A DNA stretch of 63,704 bases, counting the filler. It is 5 parts of 5 records of this genome, joined end to end, with 100 filler letters (N's around TTAATTAATTAA, not from the genome) between each part and the next. Parts side by side here need not be neighbours in the genome. Positions count along the whole stretch, not along the records: positions 14,803 to 36,850 come from DRR723986_4984; positions 36,951 to 49,528 come from DRR723986_4985; 3 more parts are not named here. One strand, 5' to 3'. Below the pieces are notes generated by a model. The model ran no database searches and was not told the DNA's origin. It worked only from the letters and a program-made list of their open reading frames with translations. The position numbers and the translations under genes are program-made. Positions 27,297 through 37,286 of this stretch are shown piece after piece (the stretch's first letter is position 1; the number at the start of each line of letters is the position of its first letter).

Positions 27297-29381
27297 TTAC
27301 TGCTTAATCATTGTAAGGATCAATTGATCGACTATTTCACCTCGCCGAACTGATACGGAATAAATGCCCGAAGCCAAGCCATTGAGACTATACGTTTTGT
27401 CGGAGTCGACATTCGCGTAGGTCTGGACTGCAGTACCATTTAGATCACTAATTATTATTTCGTCAAATGCCTGGGCTGTCTTATCAATTGTTTCAATCCT
27501 GAAAACATTGCTGGTGGGGTTGGGAACAATTGTCAGGCCAACAGCAGCTTGCTGATTGCCGGCAACAACACTTGATTGTGAGTTTGAGTTTTCCTTCGAG
27601 AATACAGCTCCCTCAAAAACATCAGTGTAAGGATTGTCATGCCCATTCATTGGAGGTGGAGCCATTCCCTCATCACAAATTACGCGAAACCGGACTTCAC
27701 AACATGAATTCGGGTCCGTAGGTCTAATTGTGTAGATGAACCCTGCATCCAGTGCATACCCGAGCCCGGCCACTACATTTAGGTTGAAACCCGTTGGCAC
27801 TAAGTCCATGTCGGTCTGAACAATTTGTAAATCTGTGTACGTTCCGTTGCACCAGTCTGGGTTGTTCATCTGCAGTAATTGATTCAATGACCCTAAATCA
27901 AACAACCAGTCGCAATTGGGCTGGGTTAAAGTGACATTCACTTCTTCATACAGACGCTCGACTTTAACATGCACGACAATAACGCATTTTTTGCAATTGA
28001 GCGGGTCTTCGTGAATTCTACGATACGTTGCTGATTGCGTAACATTGCTAAGCATTGTATTGGTCACAATCTCATCCGGCCCGGCAACGACCTTTTTCCA
28101 ATCCCCCCAGGAGAACAGCATATCAGGAGTACATTCGGGGCAATCTTCATAATGTGTTAAGTCAAGATTTGAGCCGCAAATAAGGTCAACAGTCTGTTCA
28201 CATACTGTCTCCGTAGCTTGCTCCACAAGCACCGTCATTGTGACTGAACGCACCAGGCAGTCATTCTCATCAAAAAAATTGAAACCGTGAGTACCGGGAC
28301 CTAATGTCACCAGACATCCGTCAACTCTGGAATCATGCGGTGTCATAATTGGGAAGCCGTTTGCATCGTACGTGATTATAAGTGCCGTGTAATAATCAAA
28401 GTCGGTGGCTCCGAAACACGGGTCATATTGCAAGGTTAATGGATCTCCATTACCCAGGTCGCATATAGTCAGGGTTTCTTCAGTCGAAACAGGTATAGGT
28501 ATATCGATTTGGACACAGGTTTCACCGCAGCAGATATCGGTCTCGCAGGGATACCTTGTGCCAAAGTAGCTTGCACAAATTTCATGCAAACCAGGGCTAA
28601 GCGTAAAGGTTGCGGTTTGCAAATCGTTTAAACCTGGAATGACCACACCATCCAAGGTCCATATGATGGAGCTCTTGTTAACCAATTCATTGCGTAGGGT
28701 AAAAGACAGTGTTTCACAATCAAGTCGGTCGACGTCAATTTCGTCGTGGCAGCAATCGGCAGCCGGATCCTGATTGAGTTGACCAATAAAGAAGTGTGGT
28801 GTATTGAGCCCGTCTGCCTCTATGGCCTGAACCGTAATAATGTTCTCACCACATACCAGAAAATCTCCAGGTATTGCCAGGTCTAAGTAGTCATCCCATT
28901 GCCCCTGAGTACCTATTTGTACTCCATTGAGCCAAACCGTATGCTGGTTATCCGCACTTGTAAGCAGATTGTATGCATTGCAATCATCACCTTCACCTAC
29001 ATTAAAAATTAGTCGATAATACGTTGTCCACTGATTTGGGATCCCCCAAACATAGTGTGTAATTGGGGTCAAGGGAGCATTCCACATGTCGTCATTCACA
29101 CCAAAAACATTGTTGAACCCAAAAACACTGTTTAGTTTCAATCCGACGTTCAGTGCTTGATATTCATTAGGCGCCCCGACCGTTGGTACTCCCCAACCGA
29201 CCGTAGTCGTTAAGTCGCTACGCCAGTCTAAAGGGTCTGTAGGGTCGGCGGTAATATTTGGGGCATTGGGAGGTCCAATCCATGCCTCCCAATCACCACC
29301 ATTGATAGATGTAGTTTGGGCTTGAAGAGAGAGTGACATTATACTTGCCAGGAAAGCAAGTAGGGTAATGTTTTTTAGCAT
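27297..29381 (-). CDS. Secreted Cys-rich protein with T9SS type-A C-terminal sorting domain
   Basis: Sec signal peptide; jelly-roll-like segment 'YYRLIF..SADNQHTVWLNG'; C-terminal domain 'IVPNPTS..IISDLNG..LASGIYSVSV..LILTMIKQ'. Confidence 0.8.
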   Translation of the reverse strand: MLKNITLLAFLASIMSLSLQAQTTSINGGDWEAWIGPPNAPNITADPTDPLDWRSDLTTTVGWGVPTVGAPNEYQALNVGLKLNSVFGFNNVFGVNDDMWNAPLTPITHYVWGIPNQWTTYYRLIFNVGEGDDCNAYNLLTSADNQHTVWLNGVQIGTQGQWDDYLDLAIPGDFLVCGENIITVQAIEADGLNTPHFFIGQLNQDPAADCCHDEIDVDRLDCETLSFTLRNELVNKSSIIWTLDGVVIPGLNDLQTATFTLSPGLHEICASYFGTRYPCETDICCGETCVQIDIPIPVSTEETLTICDLGNGDPLTLQYDPCFGATDFDYYTALIITYDANGFPIMTPHDSRVDGCLVTLGPGTHGFNFFDENDCLVRSVTMTVLVEQATETVCEQTVDLICGSNLDLTHYEDCPECTPDMLFSWGDWKKVVAGPDEIVTNTMLSNVTQSATYRRIHEDPLNCKKCVIVVHVKVERLYEEVNVTLTQPNCDWLFDLGSLNQLLQMNNPDWCNGTYTDLQIVQTDMDLVPTGFNLNVVAGLGYALDAGFIYTIRPTDPNSCCEVRFRVICDEGMAPPPMNGHDNPYTDVFEGAVFSKENSNSQSSVVAGNQQAAVGLTIVPNPTSNVFRIETIDKTAQAFDEIIISDLNGTAVQTYANVDSDKTYSLNGLASGIYSVSVRRGEIVDQLILTMIKQ

Positions 29382-29671
29382 TTCAATTAACCTTTTGGTA
29401 TTGTTTTAATCGTTTGTGCCTCCTCAATGGAAGGCCTTAAGGGGGATCCGTCAACATTAGGCGCCATATGGACGGTGTTAAGAAGCTCGACTACACAGCG
29501 ATTCCTCTGATTGCCGTAATAATTGGTTAACCTTTGGTGCAATCAGGTTAGTCGAACTGTTAAAATCTGAGCAGTCACCTTACATCTTAAAGTGCAGGTA
29601 TTTTTGAATCATGTGTGGACGACATGATATACCAAGCAATATACCGTTTCACCGAAGTTAGGGCAAGCACT

Positions 29672-29702
29672 TAAAGTGAGTATAAAGTGAGTATAAAGTG
29701 AG
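29672..29702. repeat. 11-bp tandem repeat (TAAAGTGAGTA x ~2.8) upstream of the T9SS cargo gene
   Basis: TAAAGTGAGTA TAAAGTGAGTA TAAAGTGAG read directly from the sequence. Confidence 0.85.
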
Positions 29703-29881
29703 AATGATTGAACGCAAAACCAGGCATCATGGGAAGCTTTGACTATTGGATGGCATCTAAACTGATCAGACTTACTGGCATATCTCTTCATTAACGAGAG
29801 CTGCGAAGCAATCTACAATTGTCCAAACTGGTAAAGCGGCGCTGCAAACCGGGAACTCTGTGTTAACAGCGCCGGGGCAGA

Positions 29882-31444
29882 TCAGAGAGTAGTAAAATAC
29901 GTCGCCAGATTATTGCCCACCGGCAACTGGAGCTTTTTGCGGATGTGTCTGCGATGGGTGTTGATCGTCGTAACGGAGTTAACAAGAAGGGCGGCTATCT
30001 CTTTGGATTGCAAACCACAGGCGATCATCAAACAGATGCGGATTTCCGTGGCAGTGAGCTCGGAAGCCTGAATTAACAATTTGCGTTTTAACTCGGCGAG
30101 GAAAGCGTAGCTGTCTTCAGCAAGGTTTTCGGCATGTAGTTCGCCGTTCACGTGATTGTTAACATTGACAGGGCTAATGCCAGTATTGCCTGACATACTG
30201 ACTGTATGCAGGATCTGGAGAATCTCAGGATCCCCCATTTGTATAGGCTTTTTCGGGGCAGCCGGCCTACTCTGTTGAAGAGCAGATATAGCTGTAATCC
30301 GACGTTGCATCTCGGTTTTGCCGGGCTCATGCCACACCTGAGAAGCAATTTTATGGTACTCCAGGGCCCGGTCGTAATTTCCGCTATGTTCTTCCAGTTG
30401 AGAAAGGCGCAGACATGCCTCAGCTTGTTTATCGCGCAAACCGGCCGCAACCGCTACATCCATCATTCGGGAAAAGTATTCGCGCGCAGCATCGCTACTT
30501 CCATTCCGCTGCTGCATCATGCCGAGTTGCTCCAGGCATTCTGCTTTGATATTGTAGCGAAAAAGGTCGTCTCTGGAATTCTCCAGATGATGGACGAGTA
30601 ATTGCCGCGCCGCCCCCTCTTTATTGCGATCGATGTGGATACGCGCCAAAAGCACTGTATTCAGCCCTGTAAGGTCCTCCAGGCTGCTGGCTTTTGCCAG
30701 GGAGATCGATTTACTCACGCATTCGAACGCCTTATCCATTTGGCCCATTTCGTAGTACAAGTTCCCGATAGCACTAAGCGCCATCGCCAATGGAATCTGC
30801 AAGTTTCCCTTGCGCGCCAGGCGTATACTTTCCTTAAAGCTTTGTGCCGCATCTTCGCTGCGATGCAGCTTCATATATAAGTTGCCGAGATTGTGGTAAA
30901 ACCGGCAGTCTCTTTGGGTACTCGGCCGATTCTGCACAGAGCGTTGCTGGCGCTGACTATACAATAGGGCGATATCGTAGCGCCCTAGTTCGTAATGGGT
31001 CAGAGCAAGAAAATGAAGTGACTGGTAAATTGCGATATCATCCATACCGCTTTCGTCAGCAAGAGCGACCGCCTGTTCGGCATAAGCGATCGCTTCGTCA
31101 ACTTGTCCGTTAAGATGGGCATTCACGGCTATATGCCCCAGATACCATCCACGGTCTTCGGGCCGGGTTAAATGATCACTAAGCTGCCGACAGCGATTGC
31201 TATAATGGTCCATTTGTTGAATATCGTCCAGGTAAAGACTAGCTTGCGAGCATAGAAACAGCACATGCATTTGCTGCCGCACACTCATTGTAACATCTTG
31301 AGCCCCCTGTTCAAGCAAACATTCACCTTCGTGTATGACGCGCGTCGGGTCCGAGTCGACCAGCGTATTCAAGGATGCGATCTTTGCAGCGTAATCAACT
31401 GGAATCTGGTAGGTATCACCGGGTTCAATCTTATGTTTTTGCAT
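29882..31444 (-). CDS. TPR-repeat protein with C-terminal LuxR-type HTH (transcriptional regulator)
   Basis: TPR segments ('YHNLGNLY', 'LSAIGNLYYEMG') and 'LTATEIRICLMIACGLQSKEIAALL..TINTHRRHIRKKL'. Confidence 0.85.
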   Translation of the reverse strand: MQKHKIEPGDTYQIPVDYAAKIASLNTLVDSDPTRVIHEGECLLEQGAQDVTMSVRQQMHVLFLCSQASLYLDDIQQMDHYSNRCRQLSDHLTRPEDRGWYLGHIAVNAHLNGQVDEAIAYAEQAVALADESGMDDIAIYQSLHFLALTHYELGRYDIALLYSQRQQRSVQNRPSTQRDCRFYHNLGNLYMKLHRSEDAAQSFKESIRLARKGNLQIPLAMALSAIGNLYYEMGQMDKAFECVSKSISLAKASSLEDLTGLNTVLLARIHIDRNKEGAARQLLVHHLENSRDDLFRYNIKAECLEQLGMMQQRNGSSDAAREYFSRMMDVAVAAGLRDKQAEACLRLSQLEEHSGNYDRALEYHKIASQVWHEPGKTEMQRRITAISALQQSRPAAPKKPIQMGDPEILQILHTVSMSGNTGISPVNVNNHVNGELHAENLAEDSYAFLAELKRKLLIQASELTATEIRICLMIACGLQSKEIAALLVNSVTTINTHRRHIRKKLQLPVGNNLATYFTTL

Positions 31445-31734
31445 CTGGGTTTCTTTTCTCCTTTGTCCATCAGTTACATACAGCTCTGCGGGGGAGGAGG
31501 GACAGTGGCACAGTAGAAACCAGACCACGCTAAATATAACAAAAGATATCAATGCAAATAAGGTTTGGGGCCAATTCCAAAAGAATAAGAGCAGACTATT
31601 CGACTCGAGCCTCCATGCCAAAAACACTTTAGCCTGCACGGCTTATAGATTCCGGTCCGGAGACTAACCAGAAAAAAAAGCCAGCCACAAAACCGAAGGT
31701 GAGGGGGCGCAGTGCTCATCATGCCGGAACAGAC

Positions 31735-33432
31735 TTATTCGAGGCGTCCGTCCAGGCCCTCCTGCCAGGCCTGCAGATATTCGGGGTTAAGTTTCTTTAC
31801 GACTTCGGCGGCATGCTGCTGCATCTTGTACATGTTCAGCAGCCAGGCACAATGTTCGCGTGCAGCGGCATCATTACCCGCAGCTTCCTGCATACGCCAC
31901 AACTGATAGCGCAACTCCGCAGCGTCCGGATAAACATCCAGAAAACGTTCCGCAAATTCCGGATTGGGATACTTGTTAACATAAGCCTGCAGATTTTTGA
32001 GGATGATACCCCTGAATGCATCCGCATAGTGCAGCGGCGCCGCCAGCAGTATCTCTAGTATCCGCTCCCAGTACTGTTGTTTAACTTCCAGTGAATTCGC
32101 AAGAATAACTGCCGACAGTAAAAAACGGATATCCTTGTTAAACAACTCCAGGTACTTATCCAGACTGCGCCGCGCAGCAGCCGGGTCACGTTTGGAGAGG
32201 GTGCGCAGATGTAAAAAACACAGCTCCGGATCTTCGGGGAATTGCTCAGAAATTGCATCCCACTTCTCGACTATGGCGCTAAACGATCCGGCCTGGTAAG
32301 CCTTTTCAAGGTCGCGTTGCAAACTGTAATACCTGCTGTTGGACTTCCCAGCCCCCATCAGCTCGTGATAACCGCCGGCAATCCCCCAGTCATACTCGCC
32401 GGCCTGCTGCGGCATATGCTGCGCATACAGTTCTGCTCGTATGTGGTTGTTGACACCAACACGATGTGCACAGACATAGTCGTGACAGCGGCGCGCCGCG
32501 GATTCGCGCAGCTCTGCATTTTCAATGTTCTTACGCAAAAGCGCGTCCAGTTCGCGCAGAGTCCTGTATGATTCGCTACCAGTCTCGGCTATAAACTCCT
32601 GATATGGCAAACGGTCCGGTAGTATGGGTTTAACAGAATGAGCCGCCAACTCCAGTGCTTTAACATCGCTGCGGCAACGGTTGTAGGCTGTGTCCAGGAG
32701 CGGCGCCAGGCCAATATCAATTCCGTCCAGAAAGTTGTAATAGGCCGCCATATCGCCCCAGGGCGTGAACTGCACGCGGTTCTGCGGCAGGCCCAACTCG
32801 CCCGGCAGACTGACATTGCCCATTAAACAAAATGTTACATTTGGGTAGTCGCGCAATACACCCTGAATGACGCGTTTAACAGACAAGATATCTGCGACGT
32901 GCCCGATTGAACCGGCCCAGCCCAGGCGAATTTCATCCGAGCCTGAAGCCCGGCGCACGTGAAATTCCGGCGGCATTTGCGGCAAATAGTTGGGAATAAT
33001 GTTAATATTCTGCGCGTACTCTCCCAGCAACTCGCGCAGGCCCGGTCCGGTAACTACAACGGCATCGCCGGCCTGCATGACGCGCTCATAAGCATGCCAA
33101 AGCAAGGGCGAACGCCACGCCTTGGCCGCCGGTGAACCAGCCGGCGGAGCGTAATAATTGTCATTGTATTCAACAATTGTGTTAAGTCCACGCTCCTTGC
33201 GCTGACGTATCAGACGCAGCATATCCGGATCACTCTGCTGATAAAGCACCAGCAAGTCAGCCTCAAGTCCCCATTCAAAACGCTCTGCCGCCTGCGCGTC
33301 CAGGTTAATGACGCGCCAGTCGGGTCGCTGCTGTGCCAGGTGCTCCGCCGGCCAGCGCATACGATATGCACTGTCGCCTTCATTGTTCATCGAAACGATT
33401 TGAAGCACAGTTCGGGTAGTGGAATGTGACAT
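31735..33432 (-). CDS. Glycosyltransferase (GT-B, GT4-like) with helical C-terminal region
   Basis: 'YRMRWPA', 'VEYNDNY', 'LGWAGS.GH', 'DIGLAPLLDTAYNRCRSDVKALE'. Confidence 0.8.
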   Translation of the reverse strand: MSHSTTRTVLQIVSMNNEGDSAYRMRWPAEHLAQQRPDWRVINLDAQAAERFEWGLEADLLVLYQQSDPDMLRLIRQRKERGLNTIVEYNDNYYAPPAGSPAAKAWRSPLLWHAYERVMQAGDAVVVTGPGLRELLGEYAQNINIIPNYLPQMPPEFHVRRASGSDEIRLGWAGSIGHVADILSVKRVIQGVLRDYPNVTFCLMGNVSLPGELGLPQNRVQFTPWGDMAAYYNFLDGIDIGLAPLLDTAYNRCRSDVKALELAAHSVKPILPDRLPYQEFIAETGSESYRTLRELDALLRKNIENAELRESAARRCHDYVCAHRVGVNNHIRAELYAQHMPQQAGEYDWGIAGGYHELMGAGKSNSRYYSLQRDLEKAYQAGSFSAIVEKWDAISEQFPEDPELCFLHLRTLSKRDPAAARRSLDKYLELFNKDIRFLLSAVILANSLEVKQQYWERILEILLAAPLHYADAFRGIILKNLQAYVNKYPNPEFAERFLDVYPDAAELRYQLWRMQEAAGNDAAAREHCAWLLNMYKMQQHAAEVVKKLNPEYLQAWQEGLDGRLE

Positions 33433-33604
33433 TGACGGCCGACTCCGGGGCAAGAGAGACATTTCTTAAATGTGAGCTACAGTCTGTGAGCAAAGATACG
33501 CCAGGAATTGGAATCAAAAGCACCACAAGCCACTGAACAGTAGATACGCTGAGCCGCCCAAACCAGAATTTGAATCCCAAACCGCGCAGCATTTGCAGCG
33601 CACG

Positions 33605-34114
33605 TCAGGCCCCAGAATCTGGAGAGTCAGATTTATAGTCCAGTACAACCAGGCCGTCACCAAGGCTGCGCTCCACAAACTCTTCAGTATTTGAAAGGCG
33701 GATCAATTCGTGTTTTGTGGTGTGAATAACTGTATCAAGCCTGTCTTTGGATTTATCGGAAACCGTGTCATTCAGTTCGATTTCTGTCTGGATGACGTTG
33801 AGCTGGTTTAAGGCATTTCCAACGATGTCATTAACGGTTCTGAGTGTGACCTGCATCGCCTTGGCTCGATCTTCGGCCTGCTTCTTAAGCTCCACCTTTT
33901 TGCGTGAACTGCGCGAATAATCCAGAACAACACCTATTCCCGCCAGAATCGCAACCAGAATAATCTCATCCAACTCATAGTGTTCAAAATGTTCAAGTAC
34001 GCCATGAAGGCGCTCAAATGTGTCGATATGCAACACAAAATGCATAACAAAATGTATCAGGCCAATTGCAAACAGCAACAAACCATAGCGATGATCATCA
34101 AGAAATTTCTGCAT
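33605..34114 (-). CDS. Small membrane protein (2 TM plus coiled coil)
   Basis: Two hydrophobic segments flanking 'EHYELDE', then a helical cytoplasmic tail. Confidence 0.65.
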   Translation of the reverse strand: MQKFLDDHRYGLLLFAIGLIHFVMHFVLHIDTFERLHGVLEHFEHYELDEIILVAILAGIGVVLDYSRSSRKKVELKKQAEDRAKAMQVTLRTVNDIVGNALNQLNVIQTEIELNDTVSDKSKDRLDTVIHTTKHELIRLSNTEEFVERSLGDGLVVLDYKSDSPDSGA

Positions 34115-34232
34115 ACGCCATCTTCACCGGCGCTAAATTATAGCGCCGACAACCTCTCCATATTGGCTCCAGCGGACCGAGATTCCGCACACGCGGACTA
34201 TTTTATCAGGTTATTGACTGCGGCCGGCAAAT

Positions 34233-36500
34233 TTACCCCTTGCCGGATTCAGCTACAAGTAGCTGCGCCGCACCTGACTCCGCTCGATGAAAGAGCTTGA
34301 CAAAACGGGCGGCCAGTGCCGCCAGATCCTTGGACTGTAATAATATTCCAAGCAGCAGTTGACTATTACGCGCACTGAGTTCTCCGGCCTTAATACCCCT
34401 GGTTACATCACTCAGCGTCGTTTCGATTGATTCTATTAAGAGCGTTTTGCGCTGCATGACGTCCGCATAGGCTTTGTCATCAACACTTTGCATTAAAAGT
34501 ACACTTACGACCGTTTGAAGATACGTCTGAATTTCCGAATTCAAAACCCTCAGAATTTTTTGATTCTCCACCGTCGGTGGAGTATGCACGTTGGCAACGT
34601 GATCATAACAACGCTGAACGAGATTCGATACAACACCCGCCAGGTCACGCTCTAAATCATTAAAAATCATGTAAAAGCGGTCGGCACTCGTGTCTTCCGC
34701 CTCAATTTCGCGCAGGCGGCTGTAAATCGTCGCCAGCCGCGCTGCATTCTGCTCAGAAACCTGTAAGACTTTTGCGCGCGCGTGCGCCAGCTGCCTGCGA
34801 TCTTCGGCATTCAGGCCCGCAACAGCCGCGTCGAACGCTTCCTGCACGGACTCCAGCGTTGAAGTTGCAATGCCGACGCTGGTCCGGCGCAGTTCGGCGG
34901 GTGTACTGATCGACTGGCTCAGGACTTTTTCCTTAGCCGCTTTGGCCTTCTCTTTGCCGCGGTGGAACAACATCGTGCGCGTCACGAGTGTAAGCAGCAA
35001 ACACAACAGGAAAATCACACCCCAGAATTCAAAGGTGTAGATAACAACGGCAAACACGGCGGCGGCACTGAACGCTATGAATGCGGTCATGAACCAGCCC
35101 GTGATAACACTCAAAACGCCGGAAACACGGAAAATGGCACTATCGCGCCCCCAGGCACGGTCGGCCAGCGAAGCTCCCATGGCCACCATAAATGAGACAT
35201 AGGTGGTGCTCAAAGGCAGCTTCATCGAGGTTGCAATTGAGATCAGAATACTGGCTACCGTCAGATTGACCGAGGCACGCACCAGGTCAAACGCCGTACC
35301 GTCTTTTTTGTCCACCTGCGGAGCGCGGAAGTTGCGCTCAATGGCTGCCAGCGCCGCAGACGGCATCACACGCTTGAAACCACGCCCCAGCCCCAATGAA
35401 CCACGCACAAGCACACGCGCCAATGCATTTGGAGCAAAACGCTCCGCGCCCTCGTCCTGACGCCCAAGATTGACTTCAGTTTCCGTGACGGTGCGCGCTT
35501 TGCGTGAGAGCCACAGCGTCACAACCATAATCAGCCCGGCAAGCACCAGCAGCGTCGTTGGCGTAGGTACTTTTTCGGCAAGGGCCGCCATCGACATCTG
35601 GTCAGGGGCCAGGCCACTCGTAGACCAGAATTCAAAAGACTGCAGGCCCGCGATCGGCACGCCGATAAAGTTGACCAGGTCGTTCCCCGCAAATGCCATC
35701 GCCAGCGCAAAAGTGCCGAAGAGCACTATTGGACGCAGCACATTAATCTTAAAACCGCGTATCAGAATAGCTGCAATCAGCGACCAAAACAGGAAGGATG
35801 CGCCGAGCAACATCAGCGAATTCTCCATTACCCAGCCGACCGTGTCCGGGCCAACGAAGGAGGCGTTTTTAAGCCCTTTGATCATCAAAAAATAGGCGAT
35901 CGCAGTGATTGAGGCGCCGGCCCAAAATATTCCAATGTTCTTAAGGCGCGCCGAATATTCAAAGCTGAGAAGCAAGCGCGAAACGTACTGCACGGCCAGA
36001 CCAACGCTAAATGCGATCACCACCGAGAGCAGGATTCCGCTGACAATCTCCAGGGCTTTGCTCCAGTTAATAAAGTCGGCCAGCGTCAACCCCAGCACCT
36101 CCGAATTACCCATTTTTAGCAGCGCTACGGCCACGGAGGCCCCCAGCAACTCAAATACAATCGACACAGTGGTGGAAGTCGGCAATCCAAAGGTGTTAAA
36201 CAGGTCCAGCAGGATGATATCGGTTATCATCACAGCCAAAAACACGACCATTATCTCAGCAAATAAAAAGTTCTCCGGCACAAAAATGCCCTTGCGGGCC
36301 ACCTCCATCATTCCACTCGAAAATGTTGCGCCCACAACAATTCCAAAGCTGGCAATTATCATGATAACGTGGCGCGGAGCAACACGCGAACCTATCGCCG
36401 AATTCAGAAAGTTTACAGCATCATTACTGACGCCGACCATCAGGTCCGAAATCGCCAGAATAAACAGTATCACTACCAGAAAGACATAATATTCGTACAT
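34233..36500 (-). CDS. Inorganic phosphate transporter (PiT family) with PhoU-like C-terminal extension
   Basis: 'GVSNDAVNF', 'GLPTSTT', 'AGNDLVNF', 'LPLSTTY'; long Bacteroidota-type form. Confidence 0.88.
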   Translation of the reverse strand: MYEYYVFLVVILFILAISDLMVGVSNDAVNFLNSAIGSRVAPRHVIMIIASFGIVVGATFSSGMMEVARKGIFVPENFLFAEIMVVFLAVMITDIILLDLFNTFGLPTSTTVSIVFELLGASVAVALLKMGNSEVLGLTLADFINWSKALEIVSGILLSVVIAFSVGLAVQYVSRLLLSFEYSARLKNIGIFWAGASITAIAYFLMIKGLKNASFVGPDTVGWVMENSLMLLGASFLFWSLIAAILIRGFKINVLRPIVLFGTFALAMAFAGNDLVNFIGVPIAGLQSFEFWSTSGLAPDQMSMAALAEKVPTPTTLLVLAGLIMVVTLWLSRKARTVTETEVNLGRQDEGAERFAPNALARVLVRGSLGLGRGFKRVMPSAALAAIERNFRAPQVDKKDGTAFDLVRASVNLTVASILISIATSMKLPLSTTYVSFMVAMGASLADRAWGRDSAIFRVSGVLSVITGWFMTAFIAFSAAAVFAVVIYTFEFWGVIFLLCLLLTLVTRTMLFHRGKEKAKAAKEKVLSQSISTPAELRRTSVGIATSTLESVQEAFDAAVAGLNAEDRRQLAHARAKVLQVSEQNAARLATIYSRLREIEAEDTSADRFYMIFNDLERDLAGVVSNLVQRCYDHVANVHTPPTVENQKILRVLNSEIQTYLQTVVSVLLMQSVDDKAYADVMQRKTLLIESIETTLSDVTRGIKAGELSARNSQLLLGILLQSKDLAALAARFVKLFHRAESGAAQLLVAESGKG

Positions 36501-36850
36501 CGGGCCTACGCGGAAGAGGTCGACGAAAGATTGCGGAACTGCAAATTACGCCAGCAAATGTTTCCATATTATTGCCTGCCTGTTAAATGTCGTAAGCCCA
36601 CAATTTTGGCTGTATTTTGGCGGATGTGGCCGAATTCGTGGCAGTTTATTCGCCAGCGTTTAAAGGCAGCTTTGAGCGCTGCGCCCCTCGCCTTGCGGTG
36701 GCTGGCTGTGTAATTTTGTTAGTCGCGGAGACTAAAGTGCGCAGTTTTTGAGTCCGTCTGCAGCTCTTGAATCACAAGCCGAACGACTATCTCAAAGACT
36801 CGCAGCCGGCAATTCAACTACAAACAAAAAAATCAAAAAGCCTGAGGACC

Positions 36851-36950
36851 NNNNNNNNNNNNNNNNNNNNNNNNNNNNNNNNNNNNNNNNNNNNTTAATT
36901 AATTAANNNNNNNNNNNNNNNNNNNNNNNNNNNNNNNNNNNNNNNNNNNN
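36851..36950. other. Artificial contig spacer
   Basis: N44-TTAATTAATTAA-N44. Confidence 0.98.
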
Positions 36951-37286
36951 CAAATCCTCTCATCCGCACTGGTTTTTCTTAGGTCAAACGGCGGTCTTTC
37001 CTCTTCCATTTGACCCACTCGGAAATTCGATCGGTGACAAATCAGTGATCGCGTTGGATTTGCGTTGGCAACATCCCGGCGTTGCAACGTCATTGCATCA
37101 ATGTTGTAGTTTCACGTACTCGCTCGTCTTACTTGGCAGATCGCCGCTGATTTAAGGCAGCCATTAGTCAAGAGTCCTAGTGGGGATTGGGCTGGCAGCC
37201 TTATGGGATTTCGGATGGGCTGTTGCATGTGGCGGGATGGATCACCCACGTCTTGACTGTTTTTTTGTTTCAAGTTGCCGCACAGT

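Noticed and set aside
36951-37093. Short minus-strand ORF running into the spacer
   Set aside because: It is too short and truncated, with no recognisable motif.
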